Shown here: one piece after another, positions 1 through 8,392 of the stretch | Layout: each line of letters starts with the position of its first letter | Position numbering within the stretch: the first letter of the stretch is position 1 | Source of the DNA: Psychrobacter sp. HD31 | GTDB taxonomy: Bacteria > Pseudomonadota > Gammaproteobacteria > Pseudomonadales > Moraxellaceae | DNA length: 32,000 nt | Assembly (NCBI RefSeq): GCF_051097895.1 | Contig: NZ_CP142525.1 | Location: 1,950,001-1,982,000 of the forward strand | Direction: 5' to 3' | Translations under genes and position numbers: made by a program | The notes under the pieces: generated by a model | Databases searched by the model: none | Told to the model about the DNA's origin: nothing | Seen by the model: the letters and a program-made list of their open reading frames with translations, nothing else

Positions 1-197
1 TTAAATCTGGCAGTGGTGTGATTTGTAAGGTGTTTACTGTGTAGTTATTAAACATAAAATATTCTTATTTAGGTTGTAATAATAAACTAAAGTTATCAAA
101 AATAGTTAATCTACAGTGTAGCAGAAAAATTAGTTAAATCTAAGAGTTAGTCATTTATCAATGAACGACCAAAAAAGCTGGCAAAATTTTTAGGTAC

Positions 198-228
198 AAA
201 AAAACCACCTAATTAAGGTGGTTTTTGT
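198..228 (-). terminator. Rho-independent terminator downstream of map
   Basis: Perfect 8-bp stem aaccacct (203-210) / aggtggtt (216-223) with a 5-nt loop. On the minus strand it is followed by a T-run (complement of the A-run 198-204). It lies 14 nt after the map stop. Confidence 0.7.
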
Positions 229-241
229 CAGCCTAGCAAGG

Positions 242-1033
242 CTAGGTATTTAAAAAGCTTAAGTCTTCTTCTGGACGCGTGGTAAATACCTCACAACCGT
301 TATCGGTCACCATTAGGGTATGTTCCCATTGGGCAGATAATTTACGGTCCTTGGTAATGGCTGTCCATTTATCAGGCATAATTTTAGTTTTCCATGTACC
401 TTGGTTAATCATAGGTTCGATGGTAAATGTCATACCAGATTTTAGCTGCATACCCGTGCCAGCTCTGCCATAGTGCATTACTTGTGGTTCATGATGGAAC
501 TCATTGCTAATACCGTGTCCACAAAATTCACGAACAATACCAAAACGCTCTGGCTCAACCACTTTTTGGATAGCCGCACCAATGTCGCCTAAATAAGCAC
601 CATCTTTTACAACACTCATACCTGCATATAACGCCTTTTGAGCAACATCGCAAATGCGTTTTGCCATAATCGAGCCTTCACCAATAATCCACATTTTTGA
701 AGTATCGCCATAATAGCCGTCTTTAATGACCGTTACATCAATGTTAATGATATCGCCATCTTTTAAGATTTTGTCATCACTTGGGATACCGTGGCAAACC
801 ACATGGTTAACTGAGGTACAAATAGATTTTGGAAAACCATTGTAGTTGAGTGGTGCGGGGATAGCGCCCTGAACATTGACAATATAGTCATGCGCAAGTT
901 TATCTAATGCTTCTGTTGTAATGCCTGCTTTAACGTGTTCATCCAGCATTAATAATACGTCTGCGGCAAGCTTGCCTGCAACACGCATTTTTTCTATAGC
1001 ATCAGGTGCCAAAATTAGATTTTTTGTTGTCAT
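242..1033 (-). CDS. map: Type I methionine aminopeptidase
   Basis: 263-aa ORF that aligns by eye along its full length with E. coli Map (VCHGIP, DIVNIDVT-like DIINIDVT, GHGIS, EPM, QWEHT metal-ligand contexts). It is divergent from rpsB, as in many gammaproteobacteria. Confidence 0.95.
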   Translation of the reverse strand: MTTKNLILAPDAIEKMRVAGKLAADVLLMLDEHVKAGITTEALDKLAHDYIVNVQGAIPAPLNYNGFPKSICTSVNHVVCHGIPSDDKILKDGDIINIDVTVIKDGYYGDTSKMWIIGEGSIMAKRICDVAQKALYAGMSVVKDGAYLGDIGAAIQKVVEPERFGIVREFCGHGISNEFHHEPQVMHYGRAGTGMQLKSGMTFTIEPMINQGTWKTKIMPDKWTAITKDRKLSAQWEHTLMVTDNGCEVFTTRPEEDLSFLNT

Positions 1034-1108
1034 AAATACACCAAAATTTATTTATAAATTAGTTTTGTTTGATGGGTGGCATTGTAGCATATTTTGGGGT
1101 GTTAAACA

Positions 1109-1138
1109 TTGGTAACACTAAGATTTTTATGATAGAAT
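1109..1138 (+). promoter_or_regulatory. Candidate sigma70 promoter for rpsB-tsf with an extended -10
   Basis: TTGGTA (1109-1114), 18-nt spacer, TGaTAGAAT (1130-1138; TGn plus TAGAAT). It would give a ~240-nt leader before the rpsB ATG at 1386. Sequence pattern only. Confidence 0.35.
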
Positions 1139-1385
1139 ATGCGTTCCGTTTTTTAGACGTGATTTTTTAGTAAAAAAGCTAATATAGTTATGACTAAAAC
1201 GGAGGTTGATATGGTGTTAAACGGTATCAACGTATTTTTAACTTTAAACAATGACACACACATTATGCTTAAGGCGTACTGGGTGTTTGATGGCTTGATT
1301 AATTTGGTTTTATAAGCAAATGCGTGCCATTAAATCGGTACTTCTTATAATGTGGAGGCATAACCCAAATTTTAAGGAATTTAAC

Positions 1386-2153
1386 ATGGCAGATAACAGC
1401 CCAACTCAAATCGCAATGCGTGACTTGCTTCAAGCTGGTGCACACTTTGGTCACCAAACACGTTTTTGGAACCCAAAAATGGGTCCATATATCTTTGGCG
1501 CACGTAACAAGATTCACATCATCAACCTAGAGCATACAGTAAAAGCATTTAACGAAGCATTGACTTTTGTAAATGGTCTTGCTGCTAAAAAGAACAAAGT
1601 ATTATTTGTTGGCACAAAACGTGCAGCAAGTGGCGTTGTTCGTGAACAAGCACAACGTGCAGGCATGCCTTATGTTGATCACCGCTGGTTAGGTGGTATG
1701 CTGACAAACTGGAAAACACTTCGTCAGTCAATCAACCGTTTAAAAGATCTAGAAAAGCAAGCAGAGGATGGTACTTTTGCTAAGCTAACTAAGCGTGAAG
1801 CATTAGAGCGTACACGTGATATGGAAAAACTAAGCCGTTCTTTAGGTGGTATTAAAGATATGGGCGGTTTGCCAGATGCTATCTTTGTGATTGATGTTGA
1901 TCACGAAGCTATCGCTATCAAAGAAGCTAAAAACCTAGGTATCCCTGTTATTGGTATCGTTGATACTAACTCTAACCCAGACAATGTAGATTACGTTATC
2001 CCAGCAAACGATGATGCGATTCGTGCCGTTACCTTATATGGTACTGCAATGGCAGATGCAATTATTGCAGGTAAAGAATACGCAAAAACTCAAGGTGGTG
2101 CTCAGCAAGAAGAAGCTGCTGAAGAAAAAGCAGAAGACGCTGCTGCTGAATAA
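1386..2153 (+). CDS. rpsB: 30S ribosomal protein S2
   Basis: The ORF-track frame opens at 1320, but the homologous N-terminus ([32 protein letters not shown]) starts at the ATG at 1386, preceded by AAGGA. It has an acidic Ala/Glu C-terminal tail. Confidence 0.95.
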   Translation: MADNSPTQIAMRDLLQAGAHFGHQTRFWNPKMGPYIFGARNKIHIINLEHTVKAFNEALTFVNGLAAKKNKVLFVGTKRAASGVVREQAQRAGMPYVDHRWLGGMLTNWKTLRQSINRLKDLEKQAEDGTFAKLTKREALERTRDMEKLSRSLGGIKDMGGLPDAIFVIDVDHEAIAIKEAKNLGIPVIGIVDTNSNPDNVDYVIPANDDAIRAVTLYGTAMADAIIAGKEYAKTQGGAQQEEAAEEKAEDAAAE

Positions 2154-2184
2154 TCATCAATCGTAGATTAAATTGATTGATTAT

Positions 2185-2217
2185 ACAATGGCATGAACTT
2201 AACCGTCATGCCATTGT
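2185..2217 (+). promoter_or_regulatory. Perfect 12-bp stem-loop in the rpsB-tsf spacer (possible attenuator or processing hairpin)
   Basis: acaatggcatga (2185-2196) pairs perfectly with tcatgccattgt (2206-2217), with a 9-nt loop. There is no clean T-run after it (tcatttaataag), so it is not a classical strong terminator. Confidence 0.4.
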
Positions 2218-2381
2218 CATTTAATAAGATTAAAATAAATTAAACTTACAAAAAAGACCAAAAAAACAAAAGCCTTAAAAATTTGTATATTAACAAATAG
2301 ATAGGTGATGGGTGCTGTAAGTAATTTAATTATAAAGTTTTAGTAATACTAACGATTAATAAACAAACACTGAGGTGAATC

Positions 2382-3257
2382 ATGGCAGAAGTAACTGCAA
2401 AAATGGTAAAAGAATTGCGTGACCGTACTGGTCTTGGCATGATGGAATGTAAAAAAGCACTACAAGAAGCTGGTGGTGATATTGAAGTTGCAATCGACAA
2501 CTTACGTAAGTCTGGTCAGGCTAAAGCGGCTAAAAAAGCAGGTAACATTGCTGCTGACGGTGCAATTATCATTGCTCAAGAAGGCGATAAAGCATTATTA
2601 CTTGAAGTAAACTGTCAGACTGACTTTGTTGCAAAAGATGCTGGTTTTACTGAGTTTGCAACAAAAGTGGCTGATTTAGCACTTGCTAATGACACAACTG
2701 ACGTTGCGGCAATTTCTGCACTTGACTATGATGGTCAAACAGTAGAAGAAGCTCGTATCGCGCTTGTTCAAAAAATTGGTGAAAATATCCAAGTACGCCG
2801 TGCAGAAGTTATTGAAGGTGCTGCAATGGGTTCATACCGTCATGGTATCCGTATTGGTGTTGTTGTTTCTACCGAAGGTGGTAACGATGAAATCAACAAA
2901 AACTTGGCAATGCACATTGCTGCGTTTAACCCAATCGCTATCGATGGCGAAGGCGTACCAGCTGACGTACTAAACCGTGAAAAAGAAATCATTGAAGCAA
3001 AAGCAAAAGAGTCTGGCAAACCAGATAACATTGTTGAAAAAATGATTGAAGGTGGTTTACGTAAGTACCTAGATGCAAATACGCTAGTGGGTCAACCATA
3101 CGTAATGGACAACGACAAAAAAGTTGCAGAAGTTTTAAAAGCTGAAGGCGTAAAAGTTGTTGCTTATAAGCGTCTTGAAGTTGGTGAAGGCATCGAGAAG
3201 AAAGAAGAAGACTTTGCTGCAGAAGTTGCTGCTGCACAGGCAGATGCTGCTAAGTAA
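2382..3257 (+). CDS. tsf: Elongation factor Ts
   Basis: 291-aa ORF with the N-terminal UBA-like motif MVKELRDRTGLGMMECKKAL and NCQTDFVAK typical of EF-Ts. GAGGTG Shine-Dalgarno lies upstream, and the gene follows rpsB. Confidence 0.95.
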   Translation: MAEVTAKMVKELRDRTGLGMMECKKALQEAGGDIEVAIDNLRKSGQAKAAKKAGNIAADGAIIIAQEGDKALLLEVNCQTDFVAKDAGFTEFATKVADLALANDTTDVAAISALDYDGQTVEEARIALVQKIGENIQVRRAEVIEGAAMGSYRHGIRIGVVVSTEGGNDEINKNLAMHIAAFNPIAIDGEGVPADVLNREKEIIEAKAKESGKPDNIVEKMIEGGLRKYLDANTLVGQPYVMDNDKKVAEVLKAEGVKVVAYKRLEVGEGIEKKEEDFAAEVAAAQADAAK

Positions 3258-3295
3258 GGCTTTGTCTTTATATTAGCTTTAAGCTATACTAAAAA

Positions 3296-3329
3296 CCCCA
3301 TGCTATGACTAATAGCGTGGGGTTTTTTG
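3296..3329 (+). terminator. Rho-independent terminator of rpsB-tsf
   Basis: Stem ccccatgc (3296-3303) / gcgtgggg (3315-3322), then tttttt (3323-3328). It lies 39 nt after the tsf stop. Confidence 0.8.
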
Positions 3330-3402
3330 TTGTCTTGTATATTTTGGAAGAAAAATCAGTAATACAATAGTAGTTATAATATAACCAGCAAAAACAATAC
3401 CC

Positions 3403-3438
3403 AAAAAAAGACCAAGCTAACTGGCTTGGTCTTTTTTT
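3403..3438 (-). terminator. Rho-independent terminator downstream of htpX (bidirectional shape)
   Basis: Stem agaccaagc (3409-3417) / gcttggtct (3424-3432), flanked by an A-run on the left and a T-run on the right. It lies 22 nt after the htpX stop on the minus strand. Confidence 0.75.
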
Positions 3439-3459
3439 ATGAAACGAGTTATTAATGAA

Positions 3460-4350
3460 TTAATCCGCTTTTTGTAATGCTTCAATACGGTCATCTAATG
3501 TTGGATGAGTGCGGAATAAATTAGCAAAGCTAAACCCTTGTGATTGACCACTGGAGATTGCAAATGCTTTCATTGCTTCTGGGGTGTTGTCTGGCATTTG
3601 GCTGGCAGGTTTAAGTGCGGCAAGTGCATTAATCATGTTTTGTTTACCAGCAAGTTTGGCACCCATTTCATCTGCACGGTATTCGCGCAGGCGAGAAAAC
3701 CACATGACAATTGCAGAGGCAAGCACACCCAGCACTAAATCCATTACCATGCTGGTTAAAAAGTAACCCATACCAGGGCGGTCGCTTTCATTTTTAAATA
3801 CCACTTGATCAACAAAATAACCAATAATACGGGCAAAGAACATAACAAAAGCATTAACTACGCCTTGAATAAGCGCAAGGGTTACCATATCACCATTGGC
3901 AACGTGTCCAATCTCATGTGCAAGAACCGCTTCTACCTCATCAGGTGTCATGGTTTCTAGTAAGCCACTAGAAACAGCAACCAACGCATTATTTTTGTTC
4001 CAACCTGTTGCAAAGGCATTGGGTTGTGGGTTATGGAATATACCGACTTCTGGCATACCAATTTTAACGGCTTTCGCTTGTTTGGTTACGATATCAACCA
4101 ACCACTTTTCTGTTGCTGTTGCGGGCGATTCTATCACCTGCACATTCATTGCACGTTTGGCAGACCACTTAGAAATAAACAAAGAAATAAGCGAGCCAAT
4201 AATACCGTAGGCAAAACACATCACCATTAAGCTGGTTATGTTTAACCCACCAGCACCATAGACACTGCCCATACCAAATACAGACATCACAATTCCTAGT
4301 ACCACCATCACGGCAAGGTTAGTTAATAAAAATAAACCAATTCGCATCAT
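3460..4350 (-). CDS. htpX: Membrane zinc metalloprotease HtpX (peptidase M48)
   Basis: 296-aa ORF with N-terminal [14 protein letters not shown], four hydrophobic segments and the HEIGH (HExxH) zinc motif. Overall similarity to E. coli HtpX. Confidence 0.93.
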   Translation of the reverse strand: MMRIGLFLLTNLAVMVVLGIVMSVFGMGSVYGAGGLNITSLMVMCFAYGIIGSLISLFISKWSAKRAMNVQVIESPATATEKWLVDIVTKQAKAVKIGMPEVGIFHNPQPNAFATGWNKNNALVAVSSGLLETMTPDEVEAVLAHEIGHVANGDMVTLALIQGVVNAFVMFFARIIGYFVDQVVFKNESDRPGMGYFLTSMVMDLVLGVLASAIVMWFSRLREYRADEMGAKLAGKQNMINALAALKPASQMPDNTPEAMKAFAISSGQSQGFSFANLFRTHPTLDDRIEALQKAD

Positions 4351-4401
4351 AAGATTCGTTTTCCTTTCGATAAACTTTATAAAATTAATTGAACAATATT
4401 A

Positions 4402-4430
4402 ATATGTTGACATTAAAGATAGATTTCAAA
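4402..4430 (-). promoter_or_regulatory. Candidate sigma32-type heat-shock promoter for htpX
   Basis: The minus strand reads TTGAAA, 14 nt, CAACATAT (consensus TTGAAA-N13-14-CCCCATnT, 6 of 8 in the -10 element), ~50 nt upstream of the htpX ATG. htpX is sigma32-controlled in E. coli. Pattern match only. Confidence 0.3.
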
Positions 4431-4524
4431 CATTTGCGGGTATTTTATACAAAACTGATACAGTTAAACAGGAATAAGTTAAAAAGGCTTAAAAAATAAG
4501 CAAGAATGAAATAAAAAATGATGT

Positions 4525-5373
4525 TTAGTTACGGTAGCTATTATAGCTGGTACCAAAGGTTATATTTTGATTAATGTCTTGTCTGCTCGTTTGTGCATTG
4601 TTTGCGGCATTGCTAGCCGCGCTATTTTGACTAATGTTGCTGACAAACAAACTGGTATCATGCTTGTATATATTGTAATAACGGTTACGTACCTTTCGTA
4701 CGTAATTGCGAGTTTCTCTAAAAGGGGGAATACCACCGTATTTATCAACATTACCTTCGCCAGCATTATAACCTGCCAAGGCTAAATCTAAGTTGTTGTT
4801 AAAGCGGCGTAATAACCACGCCATGTATTTTGTACCGCCTTCGATATTGGCGGCAGGGTCATACGAGTTATAAACACTAAAACGACGAGCCGTTGCCGGC
4901 ATTAACTGCATTAACCCTTCTGCACCAGCGTGTGAACGGGCATTTGGGTTAAATGCTGACTCTGTATGTACAATGGCTTTTATTAATGCTGGATCAACGC
5001 CATGACGGCTGCAAGCTGCTAAAATTAGAGCGTCATAACTGCGGTTGCCATTAAGCCTACTGAAGCGGTTGTGGTTATTTTGGTTAGCAGTGGCACGCTT
5101 AGCGGCATTGTTTGATTTGCTGGGAGGAAAGTAGCCCGAGCCAAAATATTGCTTGTCGTTTTGTCCGTTTGCAGAATAATTTCCAGACATTTGCTGAGTA
5201 AACTGATTATAGCTATCAGTTGTTTGCAAATTTGTCATCATCACGTTGCCGTTTTTATCTTTATAAATAGAAATGTTATCTGAATTAGCAGAAGCATAGG
5301 CACTACTTAAACCACCAATCAATAGAATGGCGGAAGTTGAAAGTAAGGCAGTTTTTTTGCTTTTTATATTCAT
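4525..5373 (-). CDS. Secreted SLT-domain lytic transglycosylase, paralog 1 (N/Q/S-rich linker and tail)
   Basis: 282 aa. Signal peptide (…SSAYA/SAN) and an [13 protein letters not shown] segment resembling DUF4124. C-terminal family-1 LT motifs are HTES (catalytic Glu), GLMQLMP and [10 protein letters not shown]. Confidence 0.85.
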   Translation of the reverse strand: MNIKSKKTALLSTSAILLIGGLSSAYASANSDNISIYKDKNGNVMMTNLQTTDSYNQFTQQMSGNYSANGQNDKQYFGSGYFPPSKSNNAAKRATANQNNHNRFSRLNGNRSYDALILAACSRHGVDPALIKAIVHTESAFNPNARSHAGAEGLMQLMPATARRFSVYNSYDPAANIEGGTKYMAWLLRRFNNNLDLALAGYNAGEGNVDKYGGIPPFRETRNYVRKVRNRYYNIYKHDTSLFVSNISQNSAASNAANNAQTSRQDINQNITFGTSYNSYRN

Positions 5374-5553
5374 TTACTGTGATATTTATTAACGGTTAAC
5401 GGCAAAGTGTCATCGTTCTTATGGGTTACTAAACTTAAGGGTTAGTAAGTTATTAAGTGCCACTAAGTTTTGTATTTTACCATTATCGAAACAGTGGCAA
5501 TGTTAAGTTTTTATAACTGATTGTAAATTATGATTTTATCATAGATAAAATGA

Positions 5554-6102
5554 CTAAATATTATTGTTTTTATATAAAGTGTGGTAGCGATTGAGTACCT
5601 TTTTTACATAGTTTTGGGTTTCTTTAAATGGTGGAATGCCATTGTATTTATCAACATTGCCTTCGCCAGCGTTATATCCTGCGAGCGCATATTCTACATT
5701 GTTGTCAAACCTGCGTAATAGCCATGCTAAGTATTTTGTGCCACCCTCAATGTTGGCGGCAGGGTCGTAAGCGTTATTTACTTTAAAACGGTCGGCGGTT
5801 GCGGGCATTAGCTGCATTAATCCTTGAGCACCAGCGTGAGACTGGGCACGGGGGTTAAACGATGACTCTGTATGTACAATGGCTTTGATGAGTGCTGGAT
5901 CAACTCCGTGGCGTTTGGCAGCAGAACGGATAAGCGCATCAAAGGCATTATGACGCACACTGGCACCATATTTTGGGGCAATAAAACCCGCATATCTAGC
6001 ATGATCGCTATGATACCGAGCAGATTTCTGCTCAGACACCGAAGCGCAGGAGACACAGGTTAATGCAATCGATGTAGAAGTGATGGCGAGCCTTAAGTTC
6101 AT
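5554..6102 (-). CDS. SLT-domain lytic transglycosylase, paralog 2 (short form, possible lipoprotein)
   Basis: 182 aa. The N-terminal hydrophobic signal ends in LTCVSCAS, so a Cys may be lipidated, but this is not a canonical lipobox. The same HTES / GLMQLMP / [10 protein letters not shown] domain is present as in paralogs 1 and 3. Confidence 0.85.
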   Translation of the reverse strand: MNLRLAITSTSIALTCVSCASVSEQKSARYHSDHARYAGFIAPKYGASVRHNAFDALIRSAAKRHGVDPALIKAIVHTESSFNPRAQSHAGAQGLMQLMPATADRFKVNNAYDPAANIEGGTKYLAWLLRRFDNNVEYALAGYNAGEGNVDKYNGIPPFKETQNYVKKVLNRYHTLYKNNNI

Positions 6103-6131
6103 AAATTACTCAGCGTTTTATATCTATTAAA

Positions 6132-6167
6132 TTTGAGCAGTTTAGCATTCAAGTGTAATTTAATTGT
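6132..6167 (-). repeat. Conserved upstream motif, copy A (upstream of LT paralog 2)
   Basis: tttgagcagtttagcattcaagtgtaa (6132-6158) is 23/27 identical to 8315-8341. ttaattgt (6160-6167) recurs at 8350-8357. Confidence 0.6.
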
Positions 6168-6192
6168 GTAGCAGGCGTAACGAATCTTAACA

Positions 6193-6873
6193 TTATATAA
6201 TTAGGCTGATAAATACAGGTACCCACAATGCAGTAATTAAACCATTAACCGCCAAACCAAACGCTGCGTAACGCCCTGCTGTAGGACTTATTTGCCATGC
6301 TTCAATTGTACCAAAGGCGTGACACACCAGCCCCATCGCTAAGCCTTTTGCTCTATCGTCTTCGATGTTTTTTAAGATGACCTTGCCAAACCCGGCACCT
6401 AATAAACCAGAGATACTAATGATTAGGTTTGCCATAATGAGTGGTGAGTTAATGATGCCAGCAATACTTAAACCAATAGGGGCTGTCACAGAGCGGGTGG
6501 CAAAAGCAAGAATGGTGTTTTGACTCAACGCAAACGTATAGGCCAAGCCCATTGGTAATAAGGCACCGACGCTGGTTGCAATCAGTACTATCCAAAAAAG
6601 TTTTTTTAGAGGCAAGCCCTTAAAGTTAATAGAAGCAAGTGGAATGGCCAAAAGCACGGTAACATAACCAAGTAAACGGTCAAAAACTGGGCTAGCAATG
6701 CTGTAGTAGTTGTCAAATTGCCAGTTAAACACAAACAATAAGGCAATAACAAGAATAATGGCTGTGACAACGGTTGGAACGCCAGTTAATTTTTTTGCTA
6801 ATAAGCGTGCTGAGATATGAGCAACTAATGTGAGCAAAAATGCAGATAAAACAGGGATTAAGCTGGTACTCAT
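6193..6873 (-). CDS. lrgB: LrgB/CidB-family membrane protein
   Basis: 226-aa polytopic membrane ORF with LrgB-like segments (TRSVTAPIG…, GLAMGLVCHAFGT). Its start overlaps the upstream lrgA-like stop in ATGA (6870-6873), the typical lrgAB arrangement. Confidence 0.75.
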   Translation of the reverse strand: MSTSLIPVLSAFLLTLVAHISARLLAKKLTGVPTVVTAIILVIALLFVFNWQFDNYYSIASPVFDRLLGYVTVLLAIPLASINFKGLPLKKLFWIVLIATSVGALLPMGLAYTFALSQNTILAFATRSVTAPIGLSIAGIINSPLIMANLIISISGLLGAGFGKVILKNIEDDRAKGLAMGLVCHAFGTIEAWQISPTAGRYAAFGLAVNGLITALWVPVFISLII

Positions 6874-7304
6874 AAATGACTACCTCCTTGTTTTTGGGTT
6901 GTGTCGGTTTTAAGCCATACACTTGCCAGTTTTGCAATTGCCCATAGTGGTATTAATGTACTGATAATAATAATGCCAAATACACGCCAAAACTCATCTC
7001 CTAAAGTAAAGAGTAATAGACCGGCACCAGCAGAAACTGGCAAAAAGGCAAAACCACTATCTAATAACAAACGGTTAGTTGCCAAAGTTAGCCAATTTGG
7101 CAAGCTGGGCTTGTTTTGTTTTTCTCTTATTAGTCGCCATGCAAATAATAGGCAAAACATCATAATTAGCCCAACAATGTTGGCGGCGCGTTCAATCTCC
7201 CAAAATTGGCATATCAATACACATAACTCCCTTACAATGATGACAATAAGCAGAGTTAGTAAAATGCCTAACCAATGAGGCAAGTCAGGTTTATTAGCAC
7301 TCAT
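6870..7304 (-). CDS. lrgA: LrgA/CidA-family holin-like small membrane protein
   Basis: The ORF frame extends to 7376. The ATG at 7304 (MSANKPDLPHW…) has an AAGGAAA Shine-Dalgarno and gives a 144-aa, 4-TM protein of typical LrgA size. It is translationally coupled to lrgB. Confidence 0.6.
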   Translation of the reverse strand: MSANKPDLPHWLGILLTLLIVIIVRELCVLICQFWEIERAANIVGLIMMFCLLFAWRLIREKQNKPSLPNWLTLATNRLLLDSGFAFLPVSAGAGLLLFTLGDEFWRVFGIIIISTLIPLWAIAKLASVWLKTDTTQKQGGSHL

Positions 7305-7407
7305 ATAGTTTTCCTTGATTGATAGGTTGATATTAAAGAGATTGTAGTTGTTTTTTTTATTGTTAGAGGAGTACATTAATGGAAACGTGCAAAAAAACAG
7401 TGATAGG

Positions 7408-7436
7408 ATTATACAAAAACGGTACGGTTAAGTAAA
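7408..7436 (-). promoter_or_regulatory. Candidate sigma70 promoter for lrgAB
   Basis: The minus strand reads TTTACT (7436-7431), 17-nt spacer, TATAAT (7413-7408). It overlaps the descending arm of the terminator of the upstream LT gene. Confidence 0.4.
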
Positions 7437-7448
7437 ACCATACCGTTA
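7413..7448 (-). terminator. Rho-independent terminator of LT paralog 3
   Basis: 12-bp stem (7418-7429 / 7436-7447) with one C/A mismatch and a 6-nt loop. On the minus strand it is followed by TTTTTG. It lies 21 nt after the stop of the 7469..8242 ORF. Confidence 0.7.
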
Positions 7449-7468
7449 AGTTAATGCAGGCATATTAA

Positions 7469-8242
7469 TTAGTTGTAAAGGTTTTGATAGTTGTTACGAT
7501 TGTTAACCCATAAGCTGCTGTCGTTTTTGTATAAATTGTTATAGCGCCGCATTACTTTTTTGACATAGTTGCGAGTTTCGCTAAAAGGGGGGATGCCATT
7601 GTATTTATCAACATTGCCTTCACCAGCGTTATATCCAGCTAGGGCGTATTCAATATTGTAATTAAAACGACGTAATAACCAAGCTAGGTATTCGGTACCC
7701 CCATCAATATTGTCGGCTGGATCAAACACATTAAAAACGGCAAATCTTCTTGCAGTAGCAGGCATTAATTGCATTAACCCTTGTGCACCTGCATGGGACT
7801 GTGCATAAGGATTAAAGGCAGACTCGGTATGAATAACGGCCTTTACTAAGGCTGGGTCGACGCCATGGCGACTGGCAGATAAACGGATGAGTGCATCATA
7901 AGAGCTGCTATCACTGCTACTAGTCCAAGCGTTGTTGTCTGAACTGTACCAATAGTCGTTGGATGAATACCAAGATGGATTGGTTGATTGATAGCTGTTG
8001 TAATAACTTGAGGTATCTGAATCAGCAGCACTATTTGAATAAAAGTTTTCAGAATAAAACTTTGGCTGCTGAAAACGGATACCTTGGTTTGATGCACGAT
8101 TAGGGTTGCCATCAGAGATAATGGTTAGTGTTTTTGTACTGGTATCTTTTACATAGGTTTCTTGGCTTACAGCTAACCCTGCCGATGCATTTGCGGCATA
8201 AAGTGTTACCATCATAGCAGATACGATTAATTTGTAGCTCAT
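7469..8242 (-). CDS. Secreted SLT-domain lytic transglycosylase, paralog 3 (Ser/Tyr/Asn/Trp-rich linker)
   Basis: 257 aa. Signal peptide (…AANA/SAG), a low-complexity S/Y/N/W-rich region, then HTES / GLMQLMP / [10 protein letters not shown] as in the other two paralogs. Confidence 0.85.
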   Translation of the reverse strand: MSYKLIVSAMMVTLYAANASAGLAVSQETYVKDTSTKTLTIISDGNPNRASNQGIRFQQPKFYSENFYSNSAADSDTSSYYNSYQSTNPSWYSSNDYWYSSDNNAWTSSSDSSSYDALIRLSASRHGVDPALVKAVIHTESAFNPYAQSHAGAQGLMQLMPATARRFAVFNVFDPADNIDGGTEYLAWLLRRFNYNIEYALAGYNAGEGNVDKYNGIPPFSETRNYVKKVMRRYNNLYKNDSSLWVNNRNNYQNLYN

Positions 8243-8314
8243 AAAAGAACCTATTAAGTTACCTATATTATTAACTTAGCTTGTTTAAAAAACAAAAAGT
8301 GACTGTAAATCAAC

Positions 8315-8357
8315 TTTGCTCAGTTTAGCACCCAAGTGTAAAGCAAATGTTAATTGT
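8315..8357 (-). repeat. Conserved upstream motif, copy B (upstream of LT paralog 3)
   Basis: tttgctcagtttagcacccaagtgtaa (8315-8341) is 23/27 identical to 6132-6158, and ttaattgt lies at 8350-8357. Confidence 0.6.
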
Positions 8358-8392
8358 CGGTAATAAAAGTTAATAAAACCGTTCTGTGTTAT

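Noticed and set aside
1-241. Possible gene fragment at the left edge downstream of map
   Set aside because: No ORF of meaningful length on either strand. There are only small palindromes (for example ctacagtgtag at 112-122) and the map terminator. Too little context to call anything.
1320-1385. N-terminal extension of rpsB in the ORF track ([22 protein letters not shown])
   Set aside because: Homology to S2 begins at the ATG at 1386, which has an AAGGA Shine-Dalgarno. The extension is not S2-like.
7305-7376. Longer form of the lrgA-like ORF starting at 7376 (MYSSNNKKNNYNLFNINLSIKENY)
   Set aside because: The Asn/Lys-rich extension is encoded by AT-rich leader sequence and has no Shine-Dalgarno. 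The ATG at 7304 has AAGGAAA and gives a canonical LrgA-sized 4-TM protein. Not fully excluded.
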